A stretch of 64,000 bases of DNA from Laetmonice hystrix. Its lineage: Eukaryota. Position numbers and translations under genes: made by a program. The notes beneath the pieces were generated by a model. The model did no database searches. It saw nothing but the letters and a program-made list of their open reading frames with translations, and was not told where the DNA came from. The stretch spans positions 40,798,001 to 40,862,000 of the forward strand of contig OZ249436.1 in assembly GCA_965235115.1 (NCBI GenBank). Reading direction: 5' to 3'. Positions 52,211-64,000 of this stretch are shown here, in pieces (position 1 is the first letter of the stretch; every line of letters begins with the position of its first letter).

Positions 52211-53023
52211 CAAGCTCGCGTTTTATAGGCCTATAAGTAGTAAACTACTATACGTAGTGAACTACTGTCGTTTTGTCGCTACTGAGGCAGCCACGTTGAT
52301 TACATTCAACTGGGGGATCCAGGGGGGGGGGGGGGCAAGGGGCCCGGGCCTCCCTTAAATTTCCCTTCCCCTTTTTTATGAAGATGCATTATTCGGACCC
52401 TAAAAGCAGGATTCCAACATAATTCTTAAAAAAAAGCCTCCTATAATTGTACGTGATAGTAACATAGGACCCTAAAGGGCCTCCTCAGTCGTCCAACAGC
52501 AAGGTAACTCTGGGCCATGTAGAATTGAAATAGACCAAAAAGGGGGCCTAAATTTTCATAATCGCAATAAAATCATGGCGAGGCTAAAAATCTTGAGCTT
52601 GCCGACTTGGAGTGGGGCGGGGGGCTCATGCTTCGTATAAAGGTTACAAATTGGAATTTCTAGGGGATGCCGCCCCTTGCCACTCTTGGCAGGGGGCTTA
52701 TTCGATTGGCTTTCTTGTTTCATCCGTCTCGTAACTCAGGATGGGATCGTGTGGCGGAGACCTGAATGAGAACATTGACTTAATGAAACCGACGTCTGCA
52801 AAGAATTGGTAGTAATGAGCACGATTATTTTATTTTAATTTGCATTTTTTCCCCGATTTGTTTTCGATTGTAAATTGTCCTCGTTCTTACACCAACCTTT
52901 GTTTTCGAAGACGCACGTTATTATGCCCTCTACCCCCCCCCCCCCCCCCCGGGTTTTTTTAATCGCTGAGTTGTTGTTCCATGTTATCCGTTTATGCAGT
53001 AATGTTTTTAACACTTTCCCCAG

Positions 53024-53080
53024 ATGGACCTTTGGGTGTAGAAGAGCCCCTTGCTGAAGATGAAGAAGATAAAGTGATTG
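53024..53080 (+). CDS. Probable SLC46 paralog B C-tail exon 6
   Basis: TTTCCCCAG| ... G|GTAAGC; 57 nt, phase 1-1; DGPLGVEEPLAEDEEDKVI in frame from the 52172 donor. Confidence 0.55.
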
Positions 53081-54304
53081 GTAAGCCTCTAGAGTTGGCT
53101 AAAGTCGCCATAGCCATTAAACGGAGCCACTGGCCCCGAATAATATTAATAGGCTGGCCTGTCGCCCAGTATTCTTATCGCCTTTCGAAGATTTTTTAAA
53201 TGGAATTTTATTACAACTTAGCTAACACCCGTGCGCTGCAAGGGTTTGCCTATGAGCACCATTGTTCGCAAAATGAAGGGGTACCGCTTCCGGTGGGTAA
53301 ATTTCGGTTGCGGAAAAGAGCACATGAGAGCACATCTGAATTTAAATGATTATACATGTATGTTTATTTAGCACTCTATATACATAACTCAGACAGGCAT
53401 CTTGTTCCATTCCTCACGACGTGCAAATATAAGGACTGCATAAGAATAGTGGTGGGACTATTTACACGGGCCACACGCGGACTCCATTGACTCTCATTGG
53501 GAATGTTTACCACCTATAGCAGCCGACAAAATGGCGACTGTTGCAATAAAAAAGTATTTTCACATGGGAGGGTATGTAGCAGACATTTCGGGCAGTTTGA
53601 GAGGTGTATACTTTGACACAGAAGAGGAGATGGCCCGAATTGCAGGAACTCTTACTGTATTAATATAGGCCTAATAAATGTAGGCCTCGGCACCTCAGGG
53701 TTGTTCCTAGAGCATGTTCCACAATACCTAACATCAAGGAGATGGGTCCAGCATGTTTTTTTTCCGCCGTATTGCTTCGTGGTTTTAAGCTCGTCGCGTC
53801 ATTCATTGCATTCTTGCCTTTTCGTGACGTGGACTCAGGGAGGGTCCCGTAAAGACCCGCCCCCGCCCCATCCCCCGCGACACCCCTGTTTGGAATAACG
53901 TTGCCCAGTGGGGATGCCATCTCCCACGCACGACACTGCATGGCGCTGCGATCGCGGCTGTCAACACGAAATATCAGTGCGCCGTCTGTCGGCCTTGCTA
54001 TGGTTACGTTCTGTGGATGCACGCTGGCCGCCTAGCGGCGATCAGATAAATCGTTTTGTGTTTTGACCCCCCTCCCCCTATAAACACGTCACCGGCACAT
54101 TGCCGAAGTAAACCCCGCTAAAAGATGGCCGGGTAAAGGAGCGCCACCTGTGAGCAATATGCGTACCCACTAGGTCTGTAGGACTATGCCCAGTCTCTAG
54201 GCACTACTAGTACATGGGGGGGGGGGACTTAAAGCCCTCAGAGTGTCCAAATTATTGTTGTAAAGATTGCACCTCGAAGCTGATTATGTTCCTCTTTATT
54301 TCAG

Positions 54305-54357
54305 ATAAGTATGACGAAGCGAAACAACATTTGGTTAAAGAGACGCGTACAGCCTGA
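54305..54357 (+). CDS. Probable SLC46 paralog B terminal exon 7
   Basis: CTCTTTATTTCAG|; a phase-1 join gives DKYDEAKQHLVKETRTA*. Confidence 0.5.
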
Positions 54358-54592
54358 AATCATTCCATACATGTTACATATTGCAGGCTACAAGCCGTGG
54401 CTATATCTTGTTACATTGTTGGTGTGAACTTTGCGCGCCAGAGCTCAAATAATAATGGTGTCAGGAGATTAAGAGGAAAATCTCTCTTTCCGGAGGAGAT
54501 CGCTAGTAAATCAAGTGTAAATAGCTTTAGCAAAGGAACATATGTTTTGGCAAAGGTTTTGGCATATAAACCGTGTCAGTTCAGTTCCTTAA

Positions 54593-54755
54593 AGCGACAG
54601 TCTCGTCCGTTAAACCATGCTTGCAGCCACCTAGTGGCCTATTTGATAACTACGACCATCCTATGCTGTTGCATAGGAACTAACGTCTATAAATAGCACA
54701 TCGACCGTTAGGATGGCTAGCCTATCGCACAATGCTGAAGGACGAGACTGTCGCT
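54593..54755. mobile_element. Kolobok-like MITE
   Basis: TTAA|AGCGACAGTCTCGTCC ... GGACGAGACTGTCGCT|TTAT. Confidence 0.8.
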
Positions 54756-54762
54756 TTATTAA

Positions 54763-55141
54763 AGCGGAGGTAAAATACGTAACAGAAGCATAAAGCCCTT
54801 ATACCTATGAAATGACCACTTGACTTCTCTATCAAACAAGCTGCAGATAAGAAAGATCCTATGTTTATCAGATTGAATTCGTAGTATAACTGTATTAGCG
54901 AAAGTGCACATGAAAATCAGATCGAACTATGTGTTTGTTCTCATCTTGTAACCAGCGTGTAGATGTCATCATTAGGGGAAAAGACGATCGTCTATTTCAA
55001 TAGGAGGTGATTTTGTCCGCAGTTTTCAGTATGAAATTGACACAAAATGAGGAAACTTGTGGTTTCATTGACATTATAAGGATTCACACAGGAATATTTT
55101 TAGATGTCTAATTTGGAACGTGTTCCATTTTTACCTCCACT
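54763..55141. mobile_element. Kolobok-like MITE
   Basis: TTAA|AGCGGAGGTAAAA ... TTTTACCTCCACT|TTAA. Confidence 0.8.
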
Positions 55142-55556
55142 TTAAGCCTATTACTCTGCACATATCACACTTTATTAACCTCAGGTAACATAAATTATAT
55201 GATTTTTTTTAACTGTTTGTATATTTCTATATTTTTTATTTGTTTTTTCAAATTATTTTTAAATACCTTTTAAGAATACTTGAAATATACGTATGTCAAC
55301 ATTCACAGCAGTGCCTTGTGGTCGGGTTAGTCTACTGGAAACATACTCTGGCTTTCCGACGTCGATCGTTTTAGCCAAATAATATTGCCAAGTGCCTTGA
55401 GTGATGAATAGCAGATGGGTGTGCTCGAACTGAAATATATGAGAATTTGAAATGGTAGCTCTCGTGAACAAAAACGGAGATATGGCGACAGAAACATCAG
55501 GCGTGTCCGGGGGGGGGGGGGGGGTGTTCGGGGGTCGAACCGGGCAAAAAGTGTCT

Positions 55557-55772
55557 GTTTGTCGCATCAGGGAATGTGACAAGGGAATGTGGTAAGTCTG
55601 TTGATAGAATTATTTTTATCCAGGAATACTTATTTATTGGATTTATGTTTACTCAGGATACTTCTTTTTTGTCGCACCAGGGAATGTGACAAGGGAATGT
55701 GGTGGGCGGTTGATAGAATTATTTTTATCAAGGAATACTTATTTATTAGATTTATATTAACTCAAGATATTT
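55557..55772. repeat. Tandem duplication, ~110-bp unit x2
   Basis: TTTGTCGCA(T/C)CAGGGAATGTGACAAGGGAATGTGG...GATAGAATTATTTTTATC occurs twice. Confidence 0.9.
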
Positions 55773-56780
55773 CTCTATCTCTGTTTCTCTATTTTTATTA
55801 TTGTATTATTGGGCCTAACAGGCATATGAAGTAAGTCTTTGAAGCTTATCGCTCGGGCCTGAAATTTTAACATGGTGTCGCCGGGGTTCAAAGGTCAGTA
55901 TTTGAGGAATTTGGGCTGCCACATTAATAATCATTGTTGGGTTCACTTTGTAATGTAGATTGGACTGGTGTTTATAATGCTGGCCATACTTGTACACATA
56001 AAACACAATGCAGCTTTTGGTCAACTCATTCACTTTATTTCGTTTCTGTATAAAAACACTCACTTAAAAAAACATTGATTGCCTAATAAACATATGCAAG
56101 CTTAGATGCCGTTTTGTAACTTGTGAACTATAAATAATTGAACAAAACGTTCAAAGCATTTTACACAGGTGTATTGGTATGTTTGTGTGCTAGATGACGG
56201 ATAATGGTTTGTTTCGTCAAATAAAGACGATTATAGCCTCGGTTAAATTTCCATCACCCTGAAACAATTTACTCATATAAGAAGCTTAAATGGGCGACTA
56301 GCATTCCATTGGTGCATGCGGATAGGTCCTGTGGTGGTTATGTTAAACCTCTAAGTGTTGATCCACACATTTTCGTCAAGTGTGGTCATGATCGATCGTC
56401 AAAAATCAATGTCGCTTTATCGTATTCCTTTGCCAAATCAAGCGAACACTGTATATGTCTTGTATACTCAACGTCGGAATAATGAGAAAATGCACTTAGA
56501 CGTCAAGGTTTAATACCCTGTCATGTTGGCCCGGTCTATACTGTTCTTTGTGAGTGGAGAAATATCAGAATCTACCATCGTATATAGGCGATTTGTATGG
56601 AGTCGCATGCGCAATACTGAAAGGGTTGTGTGGTAAGTGGCGCTGTGCCTACGCGATGATTACCACCGCTTGTATGCAGTTAGCAACAAGCGGCTCCACA
56701 AGACGCACTGAGCCTTGATAAGGTGGTCGTAGTACTTAATGTTCTCGGCCTGTGAGGTTATAATCTGAGTCCAACAGGAC

Positions 56781-57605
56781 ATGGGATCCGAGTCGCTGGT
56801 CCAGGCAGAGGTCGGCCATCAGTGGCCTGGGAAGGCAATGGACGATGAGACTGATTATTCCACCAGCAATGCCGAGTACGGCGGAGCCCAGTCGACCGTC
56901 GACAGGAGGACACTTCACCATAAACGCGAGGAAACACCGTGGTCAACTACGAACAACCTGTACGGAAAGGAGCAGAGGAAGGGTGCTTCAGACCATGTTG
57001 GTACCGACACAGAAAACATGGCAAGCTATTATTCTCAGCGTTCACATGCCCTATACAGGAGCAAACCAAAGTCCGGGCAGCTGAGTGCAAGAGAGGCCTT
57101 GGAGCAGCGGCTACAGCAAGGCGTTAGTAAGACACCAAATACACACTTCAAACTGCCCCTCCTGGACCATTCTAAATATCTAGTCGCCAAGGGGGAGAAC
57201 ACCAGCTCCCCAGATGATTACGCTATGCGACCGAAGCAGACGTCCCCTAACTTGACAAAGTCGGATTCTCGGAGTTCTGATTTGAGCAAGTCGTTCCCAG
57301 GAGCTCCTCCACAAACAGGGCCAGCCAAGAGGTTCATGATGGACGAGATGGAACGGTTCATGATGGCAATACCAGAAAGGGTCAGACCGGTTCCTCGCCG
57401 GGAACCTCCGCAGATACTCAAAGTGGAACACAAACCGTCAAGAAGGTGTAAGAAAGACAACTCGGAGGAACTGCCAAAAAAGAAGCGAGCGTCGGGCCTC
57501 TCTCATTCCGTGCCGTCCTCGGCCTCATCCTACTCATGGTCCAGTTCGAGTTCATTGTCCTCGGGAACGTCTTCTGAAGACCTCAGCGATGCGAAGGACG
57601 TCTAA
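56781..57605 (+). CDS. Uncharacterised intronless 274-aa protein with PIERCE1-like motifs and Ser-rich C-terminus
   Basis: Long non-repetitive ORF, GC-richer than its flanks; GACATGG Kozak context; AT-rich 3' flank; no transposon hallmarks. Confidence 0.75.
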   Translation: MGSESLVQAEVGHQWPGKAMDDETDYSTSNAEYGGAQSTVDRRTLHHKREETPWSTTNNLYGKEQRKGASDHVGTDTENMASYYSQRSHALYRSKPKSGQLSAREALEQRLQQGVSKTPNTHFKLPLLDHSKYLVAKGENTSSPDDYAMRPKQTSPNLTKSDSRSSDLSKSFPGAPPQTGPAKRFMMDEMERFMMAIPERVRPVPRREPPQILKVEHKPSRRCKKDNSEELPKKKRASGLSHSVPSSASSYSWSSSSSLSSGTSSEDLSDAKDV

Positions 57606-59750
57606 AACCATGCCCTCGATGCAAACAATGTAAAAACAAACAGATCTACATCGATCTTTTAGAAATACATTGTATATGAACCAGGACAACATAGGAGGAG
57701 TACGTCTGTTGGATCACAGAACGTTTTGGACGTTTTGCAAATGGATGATTTTACTCTATTGTCGTCGATGACATTTGGATTTTCACAGCAAGACGACTTG
57801 CTAACGTTTGCATGTACAAGAAAGTATATTTTCACAGTGATAAGTTTGGTGTTGTTAGTGATGATACGCCAGTGTGCAAACGTCAGGATTCCTTCCCTGT
57901 GCAATTCTCATGACATGCCAAGATGTTTTATATTTGATACAAACCATGGATCAGAACTGAGATATCGGACCGGATATTGCTAGTGTAAAAACAAGGGAAG
58001 ATTGGGTGAATTATTTTGCAGGGTACATTTCGTGCGTGTTATATAGAAAAGGTTATCTTGGGACAACGTTCGCTCAGTCTCGGTGGAAAGTGAATCGATA
58101 TAAACGAACCGTCCACTGCATGCGAATGCACGCGAGGTTGGCGCGCTCCAAGAGATTGTTAGCGCTCTCCTAGAGATTAGCCGTAAATATTTACATTAAA
58201 TATAACAGTAGTGCCAGAATTAAACGTTCCAGATAACTGTGATATCACAATATATGGATCAAAAATAGATTGATTAATATGAGACGTTATAATATGGAAG
58301 AGTTCATCATATATAGTAGTCCTCTTGTTGCGGGGATACTCCCCGACACGAAACGTTCTGGATCGTAGCTCAAGATTATACTTTAATAGTAAGTGGCGTG
58401 GGCACCGCAGAGCTGGCCCGATGCCAGAGAATAGCAGTGGTTGCTGGGGATCAGTGGTAAATATGGATCCTGTCGGAATTTGTACCTACCAGTGCTAGGC
58501 TTAAACTAGATTTATTACTCTTATCGTGGACTGACTGCACTGTCGGTCTGGGAGGAGGGGATGGTCACCTGGAGATTGTAATACCTGATTTGTTTAATAT
58601 ACATATCGAGAGTCAGAGCAGTAGTATTAAAATGAACGTATACCTCAGCAGAATCGCATAGTGGTTCTGAACTGTTCACGTCACAATATAATACATGTGT
58701 ACACTATATCTTATTTTTCGTTGCCAATGAAGGAGTATTCTAGTTTGTATGCAATGATAACACTTTATCATCATACTGTAAAACTTATGTTCACAATTAT
58801 ATTCCATTGTTTTGTTGTTGTTGTTTTACTGATTTTATCATATCTGTCTTAAAAGCAATAATGTCGGTGGTTATTTCGTCAGCAGAGGATTCGTTTAAGA
58901 GTGCGCGCCATCGGGTGATATGTAGAGGGACTACATTTCAATTCCCAAGATATTTGTTAACGTACTATGGCACCAAAGCTTCTTTCAGCCTGGTCCTCAG
59001 GCCTAGAGCCTGGTGGAGGCTAATTGAAGCGAGCATTGTGATTGGCCCATCGAAAACATGGACGCAAACGAGGTAGTTCCGTACCCTCCGTATTTCTCCA
59101 ACAAGATACAGATATTTACGTAAATGTCCTCGTTTTTCTGGATGTAAACATAGCGTCATCGGTGCCCACACCGGCCACTCTCCAAGCAGAGGTCGGTCAC
59201 TCCGTTAACGCTAGCCAACGCAACGGAAGCGGAAGTGCTTGGAGTTTAACCACTTCCTTTCGGCGGACTTCTGCCAGCCAGTAGCCTACCTGGCCTAACA
59301 TAGCGTCTGCGTCTGATTCGTCTGATAAGCTTATTACCCAAACATTCCATTAGCGATTATGTTAATTATTTATGATGGTATACTAAAGATTCTATGTTAG
59401 AATATCTGTAATCTGAACTGTTGCTGTAATCAAGGCATTATTACCCCGGCCATGATGTCGTATACGCTTTCTATCTTTGATTGCTTTGTTGGCCGCTAGG
59501 GGTCGGAACTATATCAAACCACCTAGCGGGAATCTGTAACACTAAAATGAGTTATGAGCATGAGATGACATCGGCACGTAGGCCTATACTCTCAGAAATA
59601 TTTGATGGCCAGAGAACATGGGAAATCCTGGAATGTCTGGGCATAAAAAGGCCTGCTATATGCTGTGACGGTTTCCTATCATCTTCTTCGCATAGGCCTG
59701 AACTGGGCGGGTGTAGGAATTTCGTTTAGGGGTGTGGCGTGTTACCATCT

Positions 59751-60164
59751 CAGACCTCCCAACCCTTCCGAATCGGAAATCTCCCAATTTTTTACTCTTT
59801 TTCCACTTTTCCGCCTTACCCTCTTAGTTTTCCGCAAATCTGTTGGTTTTTTTTGTGTGTCTCAAATCCACATGAATATCATTGATCATTGTAAGAGTAA
59901 ACCAACTCAGTTATGCTACAAAGGGCCTAATGAGTATCACTACATTCTAGCTGGTAGGCCCTATACGCAGAATCGCAGTAGGGGCCTACAAAATTGAATG
60001 TCCTTGGCCTAGTATAAATTTAAAAAACATGTATTTGTAGGCTGTGGCCTTTTAATCACTGGAACAATTCACTTTGTTTTTGTACCATCATACCTCACCG
60101 CGACACATTGCTAACCCCTGTGGAGTAAATTCTGAATTCTGAAGTCCAAATGTTGGAAGCTCTG
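59751..60164. mobile_element. hAT-like MITE, probable 6-bp TSD
   Basis: CCATCT|CAGACCTCCCAAC ... GTTGGAAGCTCTG|CCATCC. Confidence 0.65.
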
Positions 60165-60584
60165 CCATCCCCTTCATGTTATTTATAATATACCATCCAT
60201 GCATCCAGATTTTAGAGATTCACCATTGGTAAACTTAGGATATAGTACACTAATAAGTAGATATATAGTGGGCCTATGGGATGTGATGGAAATCGGTTTG
60301 AACATCCTGCAAGATAGGCAAGGACTAGGCCCGCCTGTTGTCCAGGTCTATCTCTCTATAGATCTATGACCTGCAGCATTTGAAAGATAGGAGAATTCCG
60401 TTTTAAATATCTAGGCCTATCGAACAATTCCAAAGACTGACCTTTAGGGCCGATTTCACCAAAGCCGTGTACATGGACCAGCGTGTCATATGGACCGCGT
60501 TTAGTTCTTCTATTTAGCAATAGGTGGCAGGAGGGGTTGGAGAGTATTTCATGCAGCAGCCATTTTGAATGATATCGAGACCGA

Positions 60585-61047
60585 CACTGGGTAAGGTCAA
60601 ATCTAAAAGTTAAAGGGTGTTAACGCTAGGTATTTAGAAAGACTTTAGTGTTCCACTGATCCAAAATTTGACCTCGTCCTGGGTGTTTACTTAACACTGA
60701 GTTAACACTGTCTCAACAACGTGTTAATACCTAAAACACACCTTGTAAACACCTAGATATCTCAGGTGTCCCCTTAATCTCAGTAAGGTCCCAGGTGTCT
60801 TTGGAATACGTACCATAGAAAACCTATACGTAAAGTGTTAACCGCCTGTGGGTTAACACCTGAGACAGGTCAAAACAGGTGTGACTGATGTGTCAGGTAA
60901 GTGTTACCTGAGTTTTTTCAAAGTATTAACAAGGTGCTGTCAAAATGTTTCCTGGAGCGTTAAAGGTCCAGGTTAACGCTTTTTCTTGAGATAACACCTG
61001 GATAATCCAGGCGTATAGTTAACTCTCATATTTGACCTCACCCACTG
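60585..61047. mobile_element. CACTG-ended MITE, inverted copy of 14884-15386
   Basis: Reverse-complement match with an internal deletion; TIR CACTGGGTAAGGTCAAAT. Confidence 0.8.
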
Positions 61048-62463
61048 ACGTTCCTGGCATCCAGTTCTTTTGGCTAAAACAAGTAAATCCTGACTTTTGA
61101 TGTTATTGTCTGCAATGACTTCTTCAAGTGTGACATGTGACTATATATTTCCGACTGATGTCGTGCTGATTTTCAACATTAACATTAGGCAACATAAACA
61201 TAAGTTCGTACTAAGGAATGGGGATTCGACCCTGGCCACAGTCATTGAGGTCAACGTCATTTCGGGCTTCATAATGAAAACGCTCTTTCGTGTAATGTGG
61301 ACCAGTTTGTTGTGTGTAATAATATTACACAACCGGCCCCTTGCCTCCACCTACACAACGTAGGCCTACAGGTCCATAGGTCTAGCTATTAGGCCTACAC
61401 CGAACATGTGTAGGCCTAGAGTCTATAGGGCCTACCTAATAATATGGACCACCGGTCACACAATTTTGTTTCATGTCTAGACAACTCAAATTTTTGATTA
61501 GAAGATAGGCCTACATTGTTGACATCATGGTAATTTATATCAAGATTTCTGCTTAGAGGGTTCATATAATTATTAGGCCTACACGGCTTTCCATGTCCAA
61601 CTGTTAGACTGGTTTAAATGCGATAATGCGATTCCAACATTTTTAGATCGCAGCTGCTAGGTGCCTAATAGTACAGTAAGCCCAGACGTTACTCATGCTT
61701 CCACTATTTTTATTATGCACAGGGACAACCGTCACGGTCCATGGCTTCTATTGTTATCGTGCAGGTAAACACTTGCATAACGACTCGACTTCGGGTCTTG
61801 TAAAACACAGTTTGGTGTTGGTGAACTGAAATAAGACACTGAAATTAGAGTCAGTGACTTAGTTAAATGGAGTTAGACTTGTTTCAATGGGACAGAGTTG
61901 ATGAAATCGGACCTTAGAGGCCAACATTTTCTTCTTGTTTCTTCTTCTTCAACTTCTTTCAAAGGTAGGCACTCTCATTCCGGACGGATTTAAAGACACT
62001 CTCATCTCTGACGTCAATGTCCAGAATGGTGAGGTCGCCCCCCATGCACCATTCTGGACATTGACGACCGACGACCCCCCCCCCCCCCGGCCCCAACCCT
62101 TTGTAGCAATGATAAATGCGTATCCAATAGTATTTGAACCCCCAACCTATGGACAGCGGCTGTTTTTGACATCTAAGATCGAGCAATGGTAGCAACGTAG
62201 GGCCTACACTTTAATCCACCAGCTGGCGCCACTGTCTGACGAGGTGCGGTCTACCAGGTTGGCCGCTCGGGCCGATAACAGACGAGAGTCGCCCCATGTC
62301 CATGAACAAATTGGACACCCACCCACCCCTCAAACAATGGGGGTCCCGCACGCTTCCCCGTAAGCCTGCTAGGCATAAGGGTGGGTGGGATTCATTAAAT
62401 CACTAGAACTATTTCCAGACCTGTTAGCCTAGCCGCGGTGACGGAGTCCTTTGGGAGATAAAC

Positions 62464-62491
62464 CAAGGATTATACTCTCATATAATCCTTG
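62464..62491. mobile_element. 28-bp TIR-only hairpin remnant (P-element-like)
   Basis: GATAAAC|CAAGGATTATA-CTCTCA-TATAATCCTTG|GGTAAAC (11-bp arms, 7-bp TSD with 1 mismatch). Confidence 0.55.
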
Positions 62492-64000
62492 GGTAAACGT
62501 CCACCTGGCGGTGTGAGTCTGGTCCTCATGTTAAACGGTATTAATGTTTTCCGCCCGGCGCGCTGCCTGTAATAATAGTATGCTAGTCCCTGTATAATAT
62601 ACACATCCCTGGCACGCAACGCGGGCGGGGGGGAATCCACAAAATCAGGAGAGGTCAGACGGAATCAGGAAGCGGTTAGGTACGGTCGTTTACGAGGACA
62701 GTGTCCGTTGGGGGTCAATACCATATATGGTGCTGTGTCCGGGCCCTCAGCGTGCGCTTGGTTACATCACCTATTTAAATATTGTAATATGCACAGCACG
62801 CACAGAGTGTGGTTTTCTACACACGGCCAGTAAATGTATGAATGTGGCATATAATATATTGTGTCGGCAAGCTGGTCCTGAGTCTGATTACCCTCGTCAA
62901 TGAATTGGTGTAATCTCACTCAAATATAAGCGTCACAAATATAGCCTACATAAAAATCATACATGCATATATATTTGAAAACCTATTGATTCATGTTGTC
63001 ATGGATACGTGGGCTCTGAGGGTGACTGGTCATGTTGTGAATAGGGGGTTACGTTTGTAATGTCACACAGTTGTGTGTAAGAGAAGGTTTATAATCTAAT
63101 ATAGGCCTAACCTTTGTAGTGTCACACAGCTGTGTGTGTGTGGGTCCGTCTGAGTGAGTCATATTCTGTGGGTCATAATTATATTTGTCACACACAAAAT
63201 TATGAACATCGAACTCGTACCAGGTCGTGTCATCAGACGGTCGTAAAATAAAGAGTGGGTTATTCTATAATTTAATAATAATACTACCCCTAGCAACACT
63301 AGTATTTTTAAGCATTAGTTTTAGGACGTAGGCCTATCCCTTTCCTATGGATCTACGGATCGTTACATAACACTATAGGAAGGCAGGTATCCCCTGTAAT
63401 GGCCCCAAGTATGCCCTATATAATATACCAATTGACTAATCGACCCCTGCTTATTTCAGGCTCGTGCCCCCCCCCCCCCCGGCCCCCGACAACTGACCAA
63501 AGGTTCCAACACCCCCCTGGACCAAGTATAGGCCAAGCTAGGCGGGGGCAGTTTGTGCCAATGGACAGCTACAGTCTATGGGGTAAAGGTCAAATGTATT
63601 TCTTATCTTGGTATATATCTATAACGGTCTGGCACGGTACGTATAGTATAGTCGTATGGTAGTGGGTCAAATAATTATAGAACGGTCTGGAGGTTATATT
63701 TAATTGGGATATCACTGTGCATGGACCCGCAGGTAAGGTAACTGGGCTAGTTTTCCATAGGGGTGACTTTTTTTTTGGGGGGGGGGGTGTTTTGTTTGTT
63801 TTCCACTAGGGCAAAAAGTAGAGAATGTCGGTTATTATAGGGGTTGAACTCGAATCTCGAACTCGAGCTAATATGTACTTCTTTCAGTTTCTATAGTAAA
63901 GTTTTTTTTGTTGAAGAGATCGAAGTCTGCGATCTGACCAGGCACGTATATGAGGGGGGGGGGGCAATTATGCCAAATTTAATACCAGTAGACCAGTGGA

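Noticed and set aside
62232..62295. Hammerhead ribozyme-like CTGACGA…GATA
   Set aside because: GAAA core is broken and stems I/III cannot be formed; CTGATGA sites at ~4991, 24649 and 39721 also fail

Overview
This is eukaryotic DNA from an invertebrate animal. The spliced genes, frequent TAGGCCTA motif and transposon repertoire suggest an echinoderm-like deuterostome, but that is inference. Host genes, all on the + strand: (1) the 3' part (TM3-end to C-tail, 4 exons, 6962-15989) of a rhodopsin-class neuropeptide GPCR of the tachykinin/luqin-RYamide/leucokinin/GPR83 group; (2) two intact tandem SLC46 (PCFT/SLC46A3-like) MFS transporter paralogs with identical intron positions (38697-41078 and 48597-52210, the second probably extended by two further small exons to 54357); (3) an intronless 274-aa ORF (56781-57605) with two PIERCE1-like [YW]xT[ST]Nxx(x)YG motifs. 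Everything else is a dense, nested DNA-transposon landscape. It includes a CACTG/EnSpm element keeping spliced remnants of its accessory gene, a Harbinger derivative whose transposase poly-Arg tract grew into a ~500-bp (TTC)n microsatellite, Sola2/Academ/THAP/PHD remnants, Kolobok-, hAT- and Harbinger-type MITEs with readable TSDs, a tRNA-derived SINE and several minisatellites. No rRNA, true tRNA or CRISPR was seen. Family assignments come from remembered motifs, not database searches.
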